64,000 nt of DNA. Origin: Ruditapes philippinarum. Taxonomy: Eukaryota. Under the pieces are notes generated by a model. It was given only the letters and a program-made list of their open reading frames with translations, searched no databases and was not told the DNA's origin. Made by a program: the position numbers and the translations under genes. Positions 37,340-51,298 of this stretch are shown here, in pieces; positions within the stretch are counted from its first letter, which is position 1; every line of letters begins with the position of its first letter. The stretch lies in assembly GCF_026571515.1 (NCBI RefSeq), contig NW_026865113.1, positions 434,001-498,000 of the forward strand. Reading direction: 5' to 3'.

Positions 37340-39382
37340 TTACGTTACACAGTTAAACATCTTTTTGAACAAGTTTCTGAACAAATTTTTTAATTTTCCT
37401 TCCTTTTCTGTCCAAGCAATCTTTGTACATTCTCGTTTCATTAACATGCTCAAACTTTGCATAATAAACGCATCTCTTTTATCGACGTATTCCAAATTGT
37501 TTGTAATGAGCTGTCTCTAAAATCGTCGCTCCTATTCAACAAAAATATAATGTATGTTTGAAATTTGCTTAACAGAAAAAATGGTTATGTTAAAGTGATA
37601 TAATGCACATCTATGGCATTGGTAGATATGGAGTGAACAGGTGAAAGTCAAAATTTGTTAACACTTTCTTGAAATTCCTTTCAATCTATAATTAACTTCA
37701 CATGAACAATGAATAACTCACTAGACCTTTGAAATGTGTTTAATTTCCCGACATAATGTATTCGTAACTTTGATGACATTGTAATTGATCTTTCTAACTG
37801 CCATGATGTTTTGGGGGTCTCACGGGAATTTCAATTGATGTTTATGTCTGTTAATGCTTTTGTAATAATGACATGCAAATTTTGCGTCCTGTGACCTGAA
37901 ACATAGTGAAATAACTATTTCGTTGATAAGGCTAAAACGTTATCTTAAGTTACACATGTTTGAAGTATTGACGCAGGTAAATGTTTAAAAAGTATTCAAA
38001 ATTCAACATTGCGTTAGATATACGATAAATATAAACTGGTGTTAAATGATATATATACTGGTAACGTGTCACAATTACACTGACATAAAAACCTCAAAAT
38101 CAACGACAAAAAAAACATTAGGGTATATGTCTTTGTCATGACCAACCTCCGCACCACTACAGTCAAGGACTGCAGGCTAAATAGATCTTAAGTTACTAGT
38201 TGGACACGCAATTAGTGGTCAAGGCCATTATGAAAAGTCATTTTCAAAAACTTAACACAAAATCTTAGCACTGAAGATCAAAGCGTTTTCTAGACAGACA
38301 AGGATAAGGTGACATACCTACAGACGGACGACCGAAATGACCCCATCATAGTATACTTCCATTTGGAAGTGGGACATGGATAATATTGATAAGATGTCCG
38401 ATAAGGTTACTAAAACTGTTAAAATTTAATAAAGCAAATATTTTAACCTTTTCAACATCCAAAAGAGAAGCGTCTTTAAGCTCAAGATGTGTTGATGCTA
38501 TAAAGTAATCTGGAACAACTTTGGACGTTTGTCTGTCGTCCCGTGTCTAATAAATGCTATTTGATTTGCATGTGAACACTTACATCATAAATCTATGTCG
38601 AATGTTTGTAGTCGATCCCATTAGTAGAGTATAGCACTGCTCGTCTGCATCTGTTTTGCATCTGTTTTAAGACTAGCCAAAAATGTTTTCTCTCTATCCT
38701 TTGAAAGTTTCTTCACTATTTTATTAAAATATTTAATTCGATATTCATTTCTCCTCCGATCAAAATTGGTTTCCCTGTTTCTGCAATACAGCTGAATACG
38801 AGGTACCATCAGCTTATTAAGGTCTAAGAAAGACGGTTTTTCAATTGAGTTCAAGCTTTTTGATTGACTCATTTGATTGAATAATTTGTACTCTGTTGAT
38901 GTCATATAAGAAAACTGTTTCGTCACAATGCTGAAGACCATAACCCCTTATAGTGTTGAGTTTTGCAGCTTTGTTGTCTCCCGGAAAGAAACATATATAC
39001 TGTTTTGAGCCTGGACATTGAAAAATATTGTTCAAATATCCTGGGCGTTGGTCAGGTGATAGTGTTTGAAGCCCCTTTCCAGAGTTGTTGAAACTCACAG
39101 TAGAGAAGACGTCGTTTTCCATGATTGCCAATTCTGAAATGGTAGGACGACACATTTCAATTAATCGTAATGGAAAGAAACGAAGAAAGAATACTTTTCA
39201 TTCAATGATTTTTGTGTGTGTTTCTTTTGATTTTAAACCATATAGTAAGCATAGAATGAAATGACTTACCAGTGATATCTAAAATCTAAGTCTCTTTAAA
39301 ATAAAACACAACGATATATTTAAGATATCTCTACCTTTCTTTGCAAATGTGCTTGTCATGACTTTAGACGGGCTCATTTATA
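37340..39382 (-). pseudogene. Decayed multi-exon gene of unrecognised family
   Basis: TATAAAT at 39382-39376, non-coding exon ending 39270|GTAAGT, acceptor before 39133, ATG at 39123, coding-like exon to 38448 (ORFs 38841-39155 and 38621-38941), and phase-compatible exons starting at 37895 and 37531. Several in-frame stops. Confidence 0.5.
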
Positions 39383-40796
39383 CCTGTAATGATCGTTCTA
39401 GACCATTAAGTTATGCATAATTTTCGAAGGAGGATTTAATTAATTTCCCATCATATCATTGTCTAATTATAGACAATTTGACATAAATTGGAAACTAATT
39501 AATATTTACAAATTAAGAATGATTCGTGTATAATTATGCAATTTGGTTATTTCAAGCAACTTGCTCATTTTGTTCTCAATATACACGTGTATTATTGGCT
39601 ATTGTCTTTCTGACAATCACAATTTATTCATTGATATTGGCCTACGGTCCATAACAACAATATATACATTATATAATTTCCTGACTGGTGCAAGTACAGA
39701 TACTAATCGTTATCAATGATACCATGTTTTCTTTGAAAAAATACATCATTTTAACTTGGTTTGGAGTATATTTTACCGAAGACTGATATCACAAAAGTTA
39801 TAAACAATCCTTGATAATATAGTTTGGAATGAAGTTATAATTATCCAGTTTGTAGCTTTACTAAGCAAATAATACCTTTTCAACTGACAATAAAATAGTT
39901 CAACTAGAGTGCTGGTGGCAGACAATTACTCACGAGACAAAAGTAAATTTACAACATTTCTATAAGACATTAATAGATAAATACTTTCGTACCATTCCCA
40001 TCAAAATATATCATATTAACTGGAATATAACGTTTGAATTTGATAAACCATATGATTATTAAGTATCATGTGAAGTAATATTATATTTGATATATAAACC
40101 CCTACTAGTTTAATAAGTCGTTTAAACGTTTGACCTTAATCACTGAAGTTTTTTTATGCTTTTCCAAATATGTCGTGTCTATCTGATAAACACTGCACGT
40201 GTCATCGAAAAGTAGGTCAAAGTAAGTTTGACGCAAAAAATAAACACGTCTCTTCTTTTGAGCTTAATCTGTTCATTGTTTCATATCAGGTTTCAACTAT
40301 TTATTTAATTGACCTTTTTTATTTCACATTTGTACTTTTGATAATTATTTCAAACTAAAGTTAGCGTAACAGACTATTCAAACATTTCTATTCCTTTAAT
40401 TTACAGAAACCACCTGATCTTATTTCCTTCTTTTCATATATAAATAATGTTATTGTTATGTAAATAATGCATATGTGCTGTATATAGCTTATTTATGCAT
40501 TTGAATACTTTGACTATAAAATATTACTAGTAAATTTAAATCACTCATCACAAAATTAAGAAAATTGAATGTCCATTTTACAAGATTAAATAACCCTCAT
40601 TGTCACCTGAAGTGAAATAGTTGCTATTATTTTTGCGATTAACTGTCTTTTCTATAAGTGCAGCAGAAATATTAGGCAATAATCTACTTATTCGATATTG
40701 ATTTATTGATCTGGATCATTGAGCCAAAATACATTGTTTCTGAATTCAACTAAAGTCGCTTCTAGAGGGCGTGAGAGATGTTGCACATTTTATTAA

Positions 40797-41138
40797 AGAT
40801 CCTTTCACACATTTTTTATGGTTTTGTATTATAGATATGATGCTCAAATTAAGATTTAGCATTTTTGTAAGTTCCAAAAAGCATTATTTATAAAGATATT
40901 ACCAAATCTAACATTTTATGTAAATAAAGGGAGATAATAAAAATTGTTTTTTTTTTTATAAAGTTTTAGTCATTTTTTCCAATAAAAAAATGAACCCATA
41001 TATTTTAATGATTACATATAATATGTACAAATATTTGCAGTAAATATTGTACACATTCTTCGATGTTTGAAAATTTTATAAGCATAATTGTATACATATT
41101 TATAACATCAACAACCTCAATTAAAACATACAGGATCT
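40797..41138 (+). mobile_element. Kolobok-like MITE, copy 2
   Basis: TTAA|AGATCCT...TACAGGATCT|TTAA, colinear with 18869-19226. Confidence 0.85.
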
Positions 41139-41770
41139 TTAACATTATTAACAAACTTAGTTGAACGTCGTTTCTTGTTTCCTTGGGTTTTCATTGCTTG
41201 CGGAATGATTTTTTGTCAATATGAGAATATATGAGGTATAAGATTTATTGAAGGCCAGGGTGTAATTTTAAAAGACAAAATTGAAGTCGTACCGACGTAA
41301 AAAGACGACTTACATTAATGCAAAAGATATGATAATCCCCACGGAAAATAAATCCTTTTTCGGAAAGTCAAAATATATGGTAATCCCATGGACTTAACAG
41401 AGAAATGAATAATCCATTTTCGAAAAACTGTCGTAAAAAAGATTTATTCAGAAGTTTATCCTTGATAAATGTGTACCGGTGTTGCATACCCGTGTCAAAT
41501 TATATCTGTATTGTAACTTGTTTAAAGCACTAAACAAATACTATACAGCTACTTGACAGTTGAAATGTAGTCTAGTGTTACATAAGTTATCAATTTGAAC
41601 CCGTAAAGAAGTCGACCCACATTTATGTAAAAGCGTTCCTTTATGGCAGAAAGCACAGACAATTTCCATAAAACGTTCACTAAAATAAACCTCATTATAA
41701 TTTTCGATATTTTTAGATCTTACGCAATTCAGAAATAGGTAAACGTTTGATTTTTTATATTATTAAATAT

Positions 41771-42717
41771 TGTAACGTTTTGACATTTTTACCAAGCTAG
41801 ATTTTATTAAAGATTATCGTTTGCTGAAATGATTTTAGTGTAACTTTACTATTATGTTAATTGTTTATGTTGCGACAATGTATTTTAGTTTACGGTACTT
41901 TACAATATACGTTTAGTATACGTATTTTCAATAAACGTTTTATATCATATAATATAATAATCGTCTCAGTGATAGTGATCATTCTAATCAGCCAATGAAA
42001 ATTAAGTCATGCTTGAGCGATCATCTCAGCATGTATAAATACGGCGATTAGATCAAAATCATTCAGTCTGCAGAGGATTTCACCGGGACCAGGTTATTCT
42101 ATGTAACTGAAGCCTCGCTTCATACATAGAGGATAATTTCGTCAACCTAACTGAAGCCTAGCTTCATAGGAAGAAAAGTAGAATTGGCCAAAACTAAATA
42201 CCTTTGTTATCCAATTGAAGCCTAGCTTCATGGATATAGTGTCGTTATAGTTTAGTTGTGAAATTGTATTTGACTCTGGGTACTTATAGACCTCCAAATT
42301 TCCTGAAAGCCTCGCTATCAGGGAATTGGTAACATATAGGTATTAAAAATCCAGAGGTATACTAATAACAAATAAGTTTGTATAGATAAAATAGTTGGAA
42401 CTTTGTTGTAAATCCCTGCCAGCAGCTTATCTATCTATCTAAATAGAAGCCTCGCTTCATAGATAGGGAGGTGGTTGCTGGACTATAGGAAATTATCGGG
42501 TTGCAACGTCATATCTATAGCTTTTGAATTATTTCATTGTGTTATAATTACAGTATTGTGACTTTTGATAATTTAATAGTGTCTTACGGAATGTTAATTC
42601 AAGCTGATTGTTTATAATATTTGATCATTTAAGAATCATTTGTATCTAATCAAACGGCAGGTAGCCCAAAGAAAAATTTATTATACATATCTAAATATTC
42701 GCTCGGTACACGTTACA
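41771..42717 (+). mobile_element. Solo LTR (947 bp), probably Ty3/Gypsy
   Basis: Termini TGTAACGT...ACGTTACA, 4-bp TSD ATAT on both sides, CCAAT at 41992, TATAAATA at 42034-42041 and an Inr-like tcattcagt near 42059. Confidence 0.8.
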
Positions 42718-43929
42718 ATATCAGTTGTATGCGTCATGCATTAAACCCAACTTGCTTTAACAAATATGTGTAATATTTTGAAGACTTTTTTTGAAACTTT
42801 TAATTGCAAGCAATATCGATAATAATAACACACAATTTCACAAATACAGGTAAATCAAATGTGTTCCGTACGAACCATCACGTTTTCTCGCTCTCACTTC
42901 CTTATTCACCAGATTTTGACTCACAAAACAATATTTACAACAAAGATACCCAATCAAACAAACATCAAAAAGTACACAAGCACATAAAAAGAAAGAAAGA
43001 ACGATCACAAAACAATGTCATGAAGTAATTACTTGCTGACAAGGATTGGCAATGGCATTTTCACTTATGGTTATCTTTCATTACAAAAAGAATTTGCGCA
43101 TTAGTAAAATAACATTGTAACGATAATACATGTATTTCCCAAATTTATTTGATACAATCTAAATACCTTAGTAACTGTGTAACTGACAAAGTTGGTAGTT
43201 TACATAACATTTTAGGTTCTGAAACTTAGTTCATTCATTTTTATTTCCATTGATCAATCCTTTTATAAAATGATTGGTTCCAAGTATATACTGATAAGAA
43301 CTGAATAAATTAAAAATGCTTTATAAAAATTAACATTTTGCACGTTCAAATTTTATGAAACATCTCTATATCTTGTTTAAAGCTGTTTTAATCGTTTCGC
43401 ATCAGGCCTTGGTTAGAAACAGTTGTGTGAAAGGTCCATTGATATTTAATTGTGTACATACGGGTCAATAATTGTAGTAAAATGTGCCATTAGTTTATTT
43501 TAGAAATGATTCAAATAAGCGCTTACAGACGACACTAACATTATGAAGAGAAAAACAGCATAAAACACACAAACAAATCATTTTCTTAAACTGTTATACC
43601 GTAATTTACCTGAAGTAAAATAGATACTATTTAAATATATACAGGTAGATGTTGAGTCAGTTCTTGTTCTATGTCTTTGTCTCTCTCCGGGAAAGGCAGG
43701 ATACCATCCAAAGATATTTATGGATTATATATCACTCCGGCGTTTTCTTTGCTAAGATTGATCGCGTTTTATTATCGTAATTTGTCAAATTTATGGCTTC
43801 GTTTTTTCGAAAAATTTAACGCCGTCAATCATTAATTAATTAATTTATCTATTAATTATACTATAATGACACAATATTATCATGTTGATAGTTTATTGTG
43901 TACATTTAATGTTTTATCTAATACTCTAA

Positions 43930-46900
43930 TTTATTGTTTACAAATATTCCTGAGGCCCCTTCAGAGAAATATGAAGACGCAGAAAATATATTAAGACAAT
44001 TTATGGTAAAAGAAATGAAAGTAGCTCAGGACCTCGTAGACAAAATATCCTTCGAACGAGTTCATAGAATGGGCAACAAAACCAATGGTCGCTCTCGAAA
44101 CATTGTTGCCAAATTTACCCTGTTCAAGGAAAGAGAACTTGTGAGGAAACAGTGGAAAGCCCTGTCCGGTACACCATACTTTGTTAACGAACAACTCCCA
44201 AGGGAAGTATTCGACAGACGAAGGAAGCTTATACCGAGGATGAAGGAGGCGCGTGAGCAAGGTAAAACTGCATGGTTAACGTACGACACGTTATACATAG
44301 ACGGCAAACCAGTTAAGGGCTAGGAAATTGCGGGGGATGAACTGAAAATTATATCTTGGAATATAAATGGTTTAAGTAAATTTAAAAGAGACAACAACGA
44401 ACTTTTGGGTATAATTACTAAAAATGACATCATTTTTTTGTATGAAACATTTGCGTGTAAGAACAGTGTAATTGACATTTCTGGATATAAATCCCATAAT
44501 TTCTATAGACAGTTCCAACACCGAAGAGCAAAAAGATCGAGTGGCGGAGTCGCAATATATTATAAAGAAACAATATCACCAGGTATTTCTATTGTTGAGA
44601 ATAGGTTCGATACATTAATTTGGGTTAAACTCGACAAATCTTTTTTCCATACTGAAAATGATATTTACTTATGTGGTGTTTATTTGTGGGGCGAGGACTC
44701 CCCAGCATATAATACTGTAAATGTGGATTTATTTGAATATATTGAAAATGATATTAACCATTTTGAATCTTTAGGAACTGTATATTTAATGGGAGACTTC
44801 AATAGTAGAGTTGGTAATAAATATGATTTTATAATCTTTGATTGTATGAATAAGTCTTTTGATGACGAGTTATATGTTCCCGATAAATTTATTGACCGGG
44901 CCTCCTTAGATAAACCCTGTAATAACTACGGTGTAAAATTAATTGATCTATGTCGATCAACAAATCTCCGTATTGTTAACGGAAAGTTGCATAATGATTT
45001 TAATATTGGTATGTACACATACGTTTCACAAACTGGAGCATCAGTTATTGATTATGTTTTGACAAATGCAGTTAATTTTTCAAATATTACTTCTTTTGAA
45101 ATACAATCTGTAAGCGAATTTAGTGATCACGCTCCTGTAAGTCTATCGTTGAAAACAAACGTTTGTTTACCTGTCCGTAAAGAAAGTAGCTATGTAAAAT
45201 ATGTATGGGATAGTAATCTGGAAAATTCATTCAGAGCAGGATTAATCGCAAAATTACCGGAATTTAACCAACTTTTGATTGGTATTGATTGTGGTGACCG
45301 AGGTTGTGTGAACAATGTTTTAAATAACTTTACCTGCTTACTAAGGGGCGTGGCTGACCCATTTTTTGAGAAGAATTATAAACAAAAACATAACGCTTCA
45401 TTCACTGATAGTTTTACTTCAAATAATGCAGACTGGTTTGATGATGAATGTAGATTGTTGAAAAACCGTTATCTAGATGCTTTGAATAATTTTAATTATT
45501 GTAAAGATGTAGAAAGTAGAGAATATTTTGTATATGTAAAAAAGAATATAAAAATTTAACCCGTAGGAAAAAGAAATCATATATAAAGAGGAAATATTCT
45601 GAAATTGAAAAATTACGATTTAAAAAAAAATAAAACATCTGTTTCAGATGACATTTCTGTAGAAGATTTCAAGACATATTTTGAAAAGTTATCTAACAAT
45701 ATTTTTGAATAAAAAAATTTAGAGTGTAAAACGTTTTGTAATGAACATGATTTTAATTCAAGTGATTGTAGGTTTGATGAGTTAGATATACCCATTACAT
45801 GTGAGGAGATCCGTAAAGCTGTAAAATCCTTAAAACAGAATAAAGCTTCCGGATCAGACTATTTATTAAATGAGTATTTTATAACGTCCATAGATATTTT
45901 ATGTGGACATATATGTGATTTATTTAATATTATTTTAGAGTCTGGTTTTTTCCCAGATAAATGGACAGAGGGTGTTATTGTGCCTGTGTTCAAAAAGGGT
46001 GACTCAGGTGACGTAAAAAATTACAGGGGAATTACTCTCCTAAGTTGTTTATCTAAACTTTGTACTACTGTATTAAATACTAGAATTGAAAATTTTTGTT
46101 CAAACAATTGCATTATATCAGACTGTCAATTTGGTTTCAGGAAAGGAAAATCAACTATAGATGCCATATTTATTTTACAAAATGTAATTCAACACTATCT
46201 TAATAATAATAAAAGGTTATATGTAGGGTTTATTGATTTAAAATCTTGTTTTGATAGCATATGTAGAAACTCGCTTTGGTTGAAAATGTATAAGTGTGGC
46301 ATTCAAGGTAAAATATTGCGAATCATTAGAGATATGTATAATAAAGTTAAGTCATGTGTAAGATGTTGTAATTGTTATTCTGATTTCTTTAAGTATGCCG
46401 TAGGCTTAAGACAAGGGGAGGTAATTTCACCAATACTTTTCTCCATTTTTGTAGAGGATTTAGAGTTACATTTACAAAGCAACATAAGTTCTGGTTTGTT
46501 AATTGACGACATTATATTAATCTTGTTACTTTTTGCAGATGATATGGCTATTATAGGCAAAAGTCCGGATGATTTACAAAAAAAGCCTTGATTTATTGTA
46601 TACTTATTGTATAGAATGGGGATTAGAAGTTAATATTGAAAAAACCAAGATAATGATATTTAGAAAAAGGGGAAATATTTTTAACAATGAAAAATGGTTT
46701 TATAACGGACAAGAAATAGAAATTGTAAACCATTTTAATTATCTTGGCACGGTTTTCAGCTACACTGGTAATTTTTCGTTGCACAGGGAACATTTGATTG
46801 GTAAATCTTTGAAAGCTTTAAATATGTTATTGTATAATTGTAAAGATTTTGATTTTAAGCCTACATTATTGTGTCAGCTTTTTGATGCATTTGTTGGATC

Positions 46901-48071
46901 AATTTTATCATACTCTTCGGAGATTTGGGGCTATAATAAGTCCAAAGACATAGAACGTATACACATGAAATTTTGTAAAAGAATTTTAAATGTTAGACAA
47001 AATACATGTAACGCAAGCGTATACGGAGATTTAGGTAGATATCCTCTTTTCATAAATAGATATGTTAGAATTATAAAATTTTGGTGTAGATTGTTAGTTA
47101 CAGATAATATTATCTTGCAGAAGGTTTATGAACAAAGTTTATACGATTGTCATAAAGGTTGTAATAATTGGGTTACTGATGTTAAGAATATGCTTGATAT
47201 GTATGGGTTTTCCGATTATTTTGTTAATATTAATAAAGTTGATTGTAAAATTTTTCCAAGATTGTTTAAACAAAGACTGTTGGATAATTATAGACAAGAA
47301 TGGAATACAGCGATTGAAAACAGTTTAGTATTGGATCTTTATAAAAGTTGTAAAACAACACTATTATATGAAAATTATTTAGATATTTTACCAAAACACT
47401 ATAGATTTTTTATTACAAGAATGAGAATGTCAGCTCATTCACTGAGAATTCAAACTGGAAGGTATGGTCAAAATAGATTGCCACGTAATGAACGATATTG
47501 TCTTTGCTGTAACAATGTTGATATAGAGGACGAGTACCATTTCATATTGATATGCCCATGTTTCTTAGAAATTAGAAAAAAGTTTATTAAAAAATACTAC
47601 TATAAAAGGCCTTCCATGATAAAGTTTATTGAACTACTATGTAGCAATAAAAAGAATATATTATTTAATCTGGCAAAATATATAAAAGAGTCATTAAATT
47701 ACAGAAATACTATTGTTAATTCTGTCAGATAAATTTGATTTATGAATATATATGTCTTATTAAAGAAATTCCATTCAACATTTTTATGTATAGATTTTTT
47801 CTGAAGATATGTCTGCTATGTAAACATGTATATTTAATTATGTTTAAAACAGTTTATCCTCAACACTATAATACCAATTTTTGTTAATTTGAAATAACAT
47901 TCTAGAATAATAACTAAAGTAACGTGACATTGTCTTTAAAGTTTGTTTTAATGCATTGGAAATTAGTATTGAAAATGTATTGTAATGTATTTCAATGTAT
48001 TATCACACTATGTATGATTATGATTATGTACTATGTACAAGTCGAAATAAAATAATGTTCTGTTCTGTTCT
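43930..48071 (+). mobile_element. 5'-truncated degenerate LINE (RTE-X/Proto2-like), tail (TGTTC)n
   Basis: ORF1 C-terminal part 43934-44323 (FERVHRMG..IVAKF..VNEQLP..LYIDG). ORF2 from about 44337: SWNING, GDFNSR, SDHAP, QFGFRKG, GLRQGEVISP, FADD, FNYLG, RYCLCC..EDEYHFILICP. Frameshifts near 45545, 45625 and 46585. AATAAA followed by tgttctgttctgttc. Confidence 0.92.
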
Positions 48072-49389
48072 AATTTTGCTAAGTATGCAAGTGTCATTGA
48101 AAGAGATTATATTTAAATGACGCTGGAATGTGATAATTTTGACTATTCAATGTATAAAAACAAAAAGAATTTGATGAAAGTTGAGAAAAAAAAATTAGCA
48201 CTAAATAATTTCAACGAAAAAATGATTGAAGGGAGAAATCATACGGTGTCAATTGTTACTGCTGTAAGTAAAAATATGAAGTAACAACTTTGCTAGGACA
48301 TAAGATTGACGTGACTTAACATGTACTTGCCATTTATGCACCATTTTGCGATTCGTAACGCTAAAAGAGATCAAAAGCTGACTTGCCATTTCCTAACAAA
48401 TGCTTTATAACTCTTCTTTTGTCATCGCCCTATTTCGTCATAAGACACCAGTACTGGTTAATACTTGGAAACAGGGTCTTTCTAATATAATACCATTCTA
48501 TAAAAAAGATCCTGTTGGAAACGGACTAGAATGTTGTTCAAATAATATTCCAGTTTTCATCACAATCGAACAATAAACAGACAAAAATACATATTGGGCA
48601 TATATTTTGCACGTTTTCAAGAAGAAAAATCAAAACAAATAGAACATGGACAAAATTAAATTTTTAATTTGAAAAGGCAATATCACAACTCCATATAATC
48701 ACTCATATTACAGAATGTCACGTGACAATGATGTATGTCGTTATACACACACTTGAAAGAGAAATGTCGTTATTTTATATGATAACATGCTTTATACTAA
48801 ATGGCTAGTTTTTCAAAGGCACTTTGAAAAAATAAGCATAAAGTTTGTACATAATTTCATACCTTACGCATCAGTCATTTTCTTCCTTTTACCGAAAGAT
48901 AACAGACATTCGAATTTATAGCCAGGAAAATAAAAAAAAATAGACAATGTTCTTAATGTTTTAATATAATATAATAAAGTACGTAAAAGCAAATCGATGA
49001 AAGAAATATCGTGGGTTACTATGCTGCTTATTAAGTTATTTGCCCCTAAAAGGGAGTTTACTTTACTCGTTCAGATTATTTTCAAGAGCCGAGATTTCTA
49101 ATACAGTATGGTTTACCGTATATTAAGACGTAAATCCTAGCATGTAAGATTTATTTAAGTGTGAAACTAGAGTGAGAATATGTTACCTGAAGTCCCTTGT
49201 TAAGCTGATCATTTCTGTTTCTCTTTATCAGTGCCCTCAGCATTCTGTTCAAATTTGTAGCATAACATAACCATATCATTTTTCATTAAATTCTAAACAA
49301 TTTTCTAATGATATGACAAAAGTACATTTGAATTTGATATCATTTCAGGAATGAGAGTGTGTTTGGAACGTGTTATACGATACAATAAA

Positions 49390-49553
49390 GCTAGCTTACG
49401 GAACGTCGGTTATTGTTCTCAGATGTCTGTTTGTGCATGAAACAGTTTTGCAAAGAGGGGTACCTGAGGTCATCCTCCACCAGTAAAGCTTGAACGTCGC
49501 CACATAACCTATACTGTGTCGGTGTGACGTAAAATCCAATTAAACAAACAAAT
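49390..49553 (+). mobile_element. SINE 3' fragment (same family as 10200-10365)
   Basis: Colinear similarity with 10200-10365 and an (AAAC)n tail. Confidence 0.8.
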
Positions 49554-49566
49554 ACACATTAGACCT

Positions 49567-51298
49567 AACAAGATATGTTTGTAAAACTTGTATGCCCCCT
49601 ATCGGCAGCCAATTAGTCATGTGATTTGGTTATTATGCATGACTTCTGGCCCAGTGAACAAAAAAAATTATAGGGGTTATCTACTGGTCATGACTAGTCA
49701 CAATGTAATACTAGTAATAATTGTGACCCCATAGGTTGTGTGCATAAATTTAAGGTATTACAAATCTTAACAAATAATATATGCATCATTTTTATGAATC
49801 ATGTAGGCCTCATTACTGACATCCAAGTTGTTATATTACATCAGACCTTCAAAAGTGTATACCATAAGCATTTTTAGTTAAATATAAAAATATCAACCAT
49901 GGCAACTTGAGTTGTTGAGTTATTGGTCAGAAACCGTCTTTAAGTACAAGGTCAATATGTCACTGACACCTTGACCCAAAATCAAAAGGGGTCATCTGCT
50001 GGTCATGAACAATCATCATACCAAGTTTAAGTTCCTAGGCCTAAACCTTCTTTAGTTATTGATCGGAAACTGCTTTTACCTACAAGGTCACTGTGACCTT
50101 GACCTTTTACTCCTTGACCCAAAATTTAATAGGGGTTATCTGCTGGTCATGACCAATCATCATACTAAATTTGGAGTTCTTCTGCCTAAGCAGTCTGTAG
50201 TTATTGATCGGAAACCGTTTTTACTTACAAGGTCAATGTGACCTTGACCTTTGACCTCTTGACCCTAAAATCAATAAGGGTCATCTGCTGGTTATGACCA
50301 ATCATCAGACCAAGTTTGAAGTTCCTAGGCCTAAGCGTTATTTACTATTGATCGGAAACCGTGTTTACCTACAATGTCACTGTGACCTTTGACTCGTTGA
50401 CTCCAAAATCAATAGGGGTCATCTGCTGGTCATGACCAATCATCACACCAAGTTTGAAGTACATTGGCCTAAGCGTTCTTTAGTTATTGATATAAAACCA
50501 TTTTGACCTTTGACTCCTTGATCCCAAAATTAATAAGTGTTATCTGCTGGTCAAGACCAATCATCACACCAAGTTTGAAGTACCTAGGCTTAAGCATTCT
50601 ATAAGTATTGATCGGAAACCGTTTTTACCTACAAGGTCAATGTGACCTTGACCTTTGACTCCGTGACCCCAAAATCAAAAGGGGCCATCTGCTGGTCATG
50701 GCCAATCATCACACCAAGTTTGAAGTACCTTGGCTTAAGCGTTCTTTAGTTATTGGTCGAAAAATGTTTTTACTTACAAGGTCAATGTCACCTTGACATT
50801 TGACCCCTTGATCCCAAAATCAATAAGGGTCATCTACTGGTCAATACCAATCATCATACCAAGTTTGAAGTTCCTAGGCTTAAGCATTCTTTAGTTTTTG
50901 ATCGGAAACAGTTTTTACTTACAAGGTCAATGTGACCTTGACCTTTGACTCTATGACCCCAAAATCAAAAGAGTCCATCTGCTGGTAATGACCAATCATC
51001 ACACCAAGTTTGAAGTACCTTGGCTTAAGCGTTCTTTAGTTATTGATCGGAAATCGTTTTTACTTACAATGTCAATGTCACCTTGACATTTGACCTCTTG
51101 ATCCCAAAATCAATAAGGGTCATCTACTGGTCATGACCAATTACCATACCAAGTTTGAAGTCCCTAGTCTTAAGGGTTCTTTAGTTATCACTCGGAAACC
51201 ATTTGGTCTACGGACAGACGGACCGACAGACCGACCGACCGACAGACAGACAAATGCAAAGCAATATACCCCCTCTTCTTTGAAGTGGGGGCATATTA
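49567..51298 (+). mobile_element. Helentron-associated element (HINE) carrying about 9 tandem satellite-like monomers of about 145 bp
   Basis: Starts aacaagatatg..atgccccc. ggtcatctgctggtcatgaccaatcatca.accaagtttgaagt recurs at about 49990, 50134, 50280, 50417, 50538, 50682, 50828, 50972 and 51118. Ends with a (GACA/GACC)n microsatellite and terminal palindrome cccctcttctttgaagtgggggcat. Confidence 0.85.

Noticed and set aside
43925-48078. Target-site duplication ctaattt flanking the second LINE
   Set aside because: Short, AT-rich and overlapping probable ORF1 codons, so it cannot be distinguished from microhomology.
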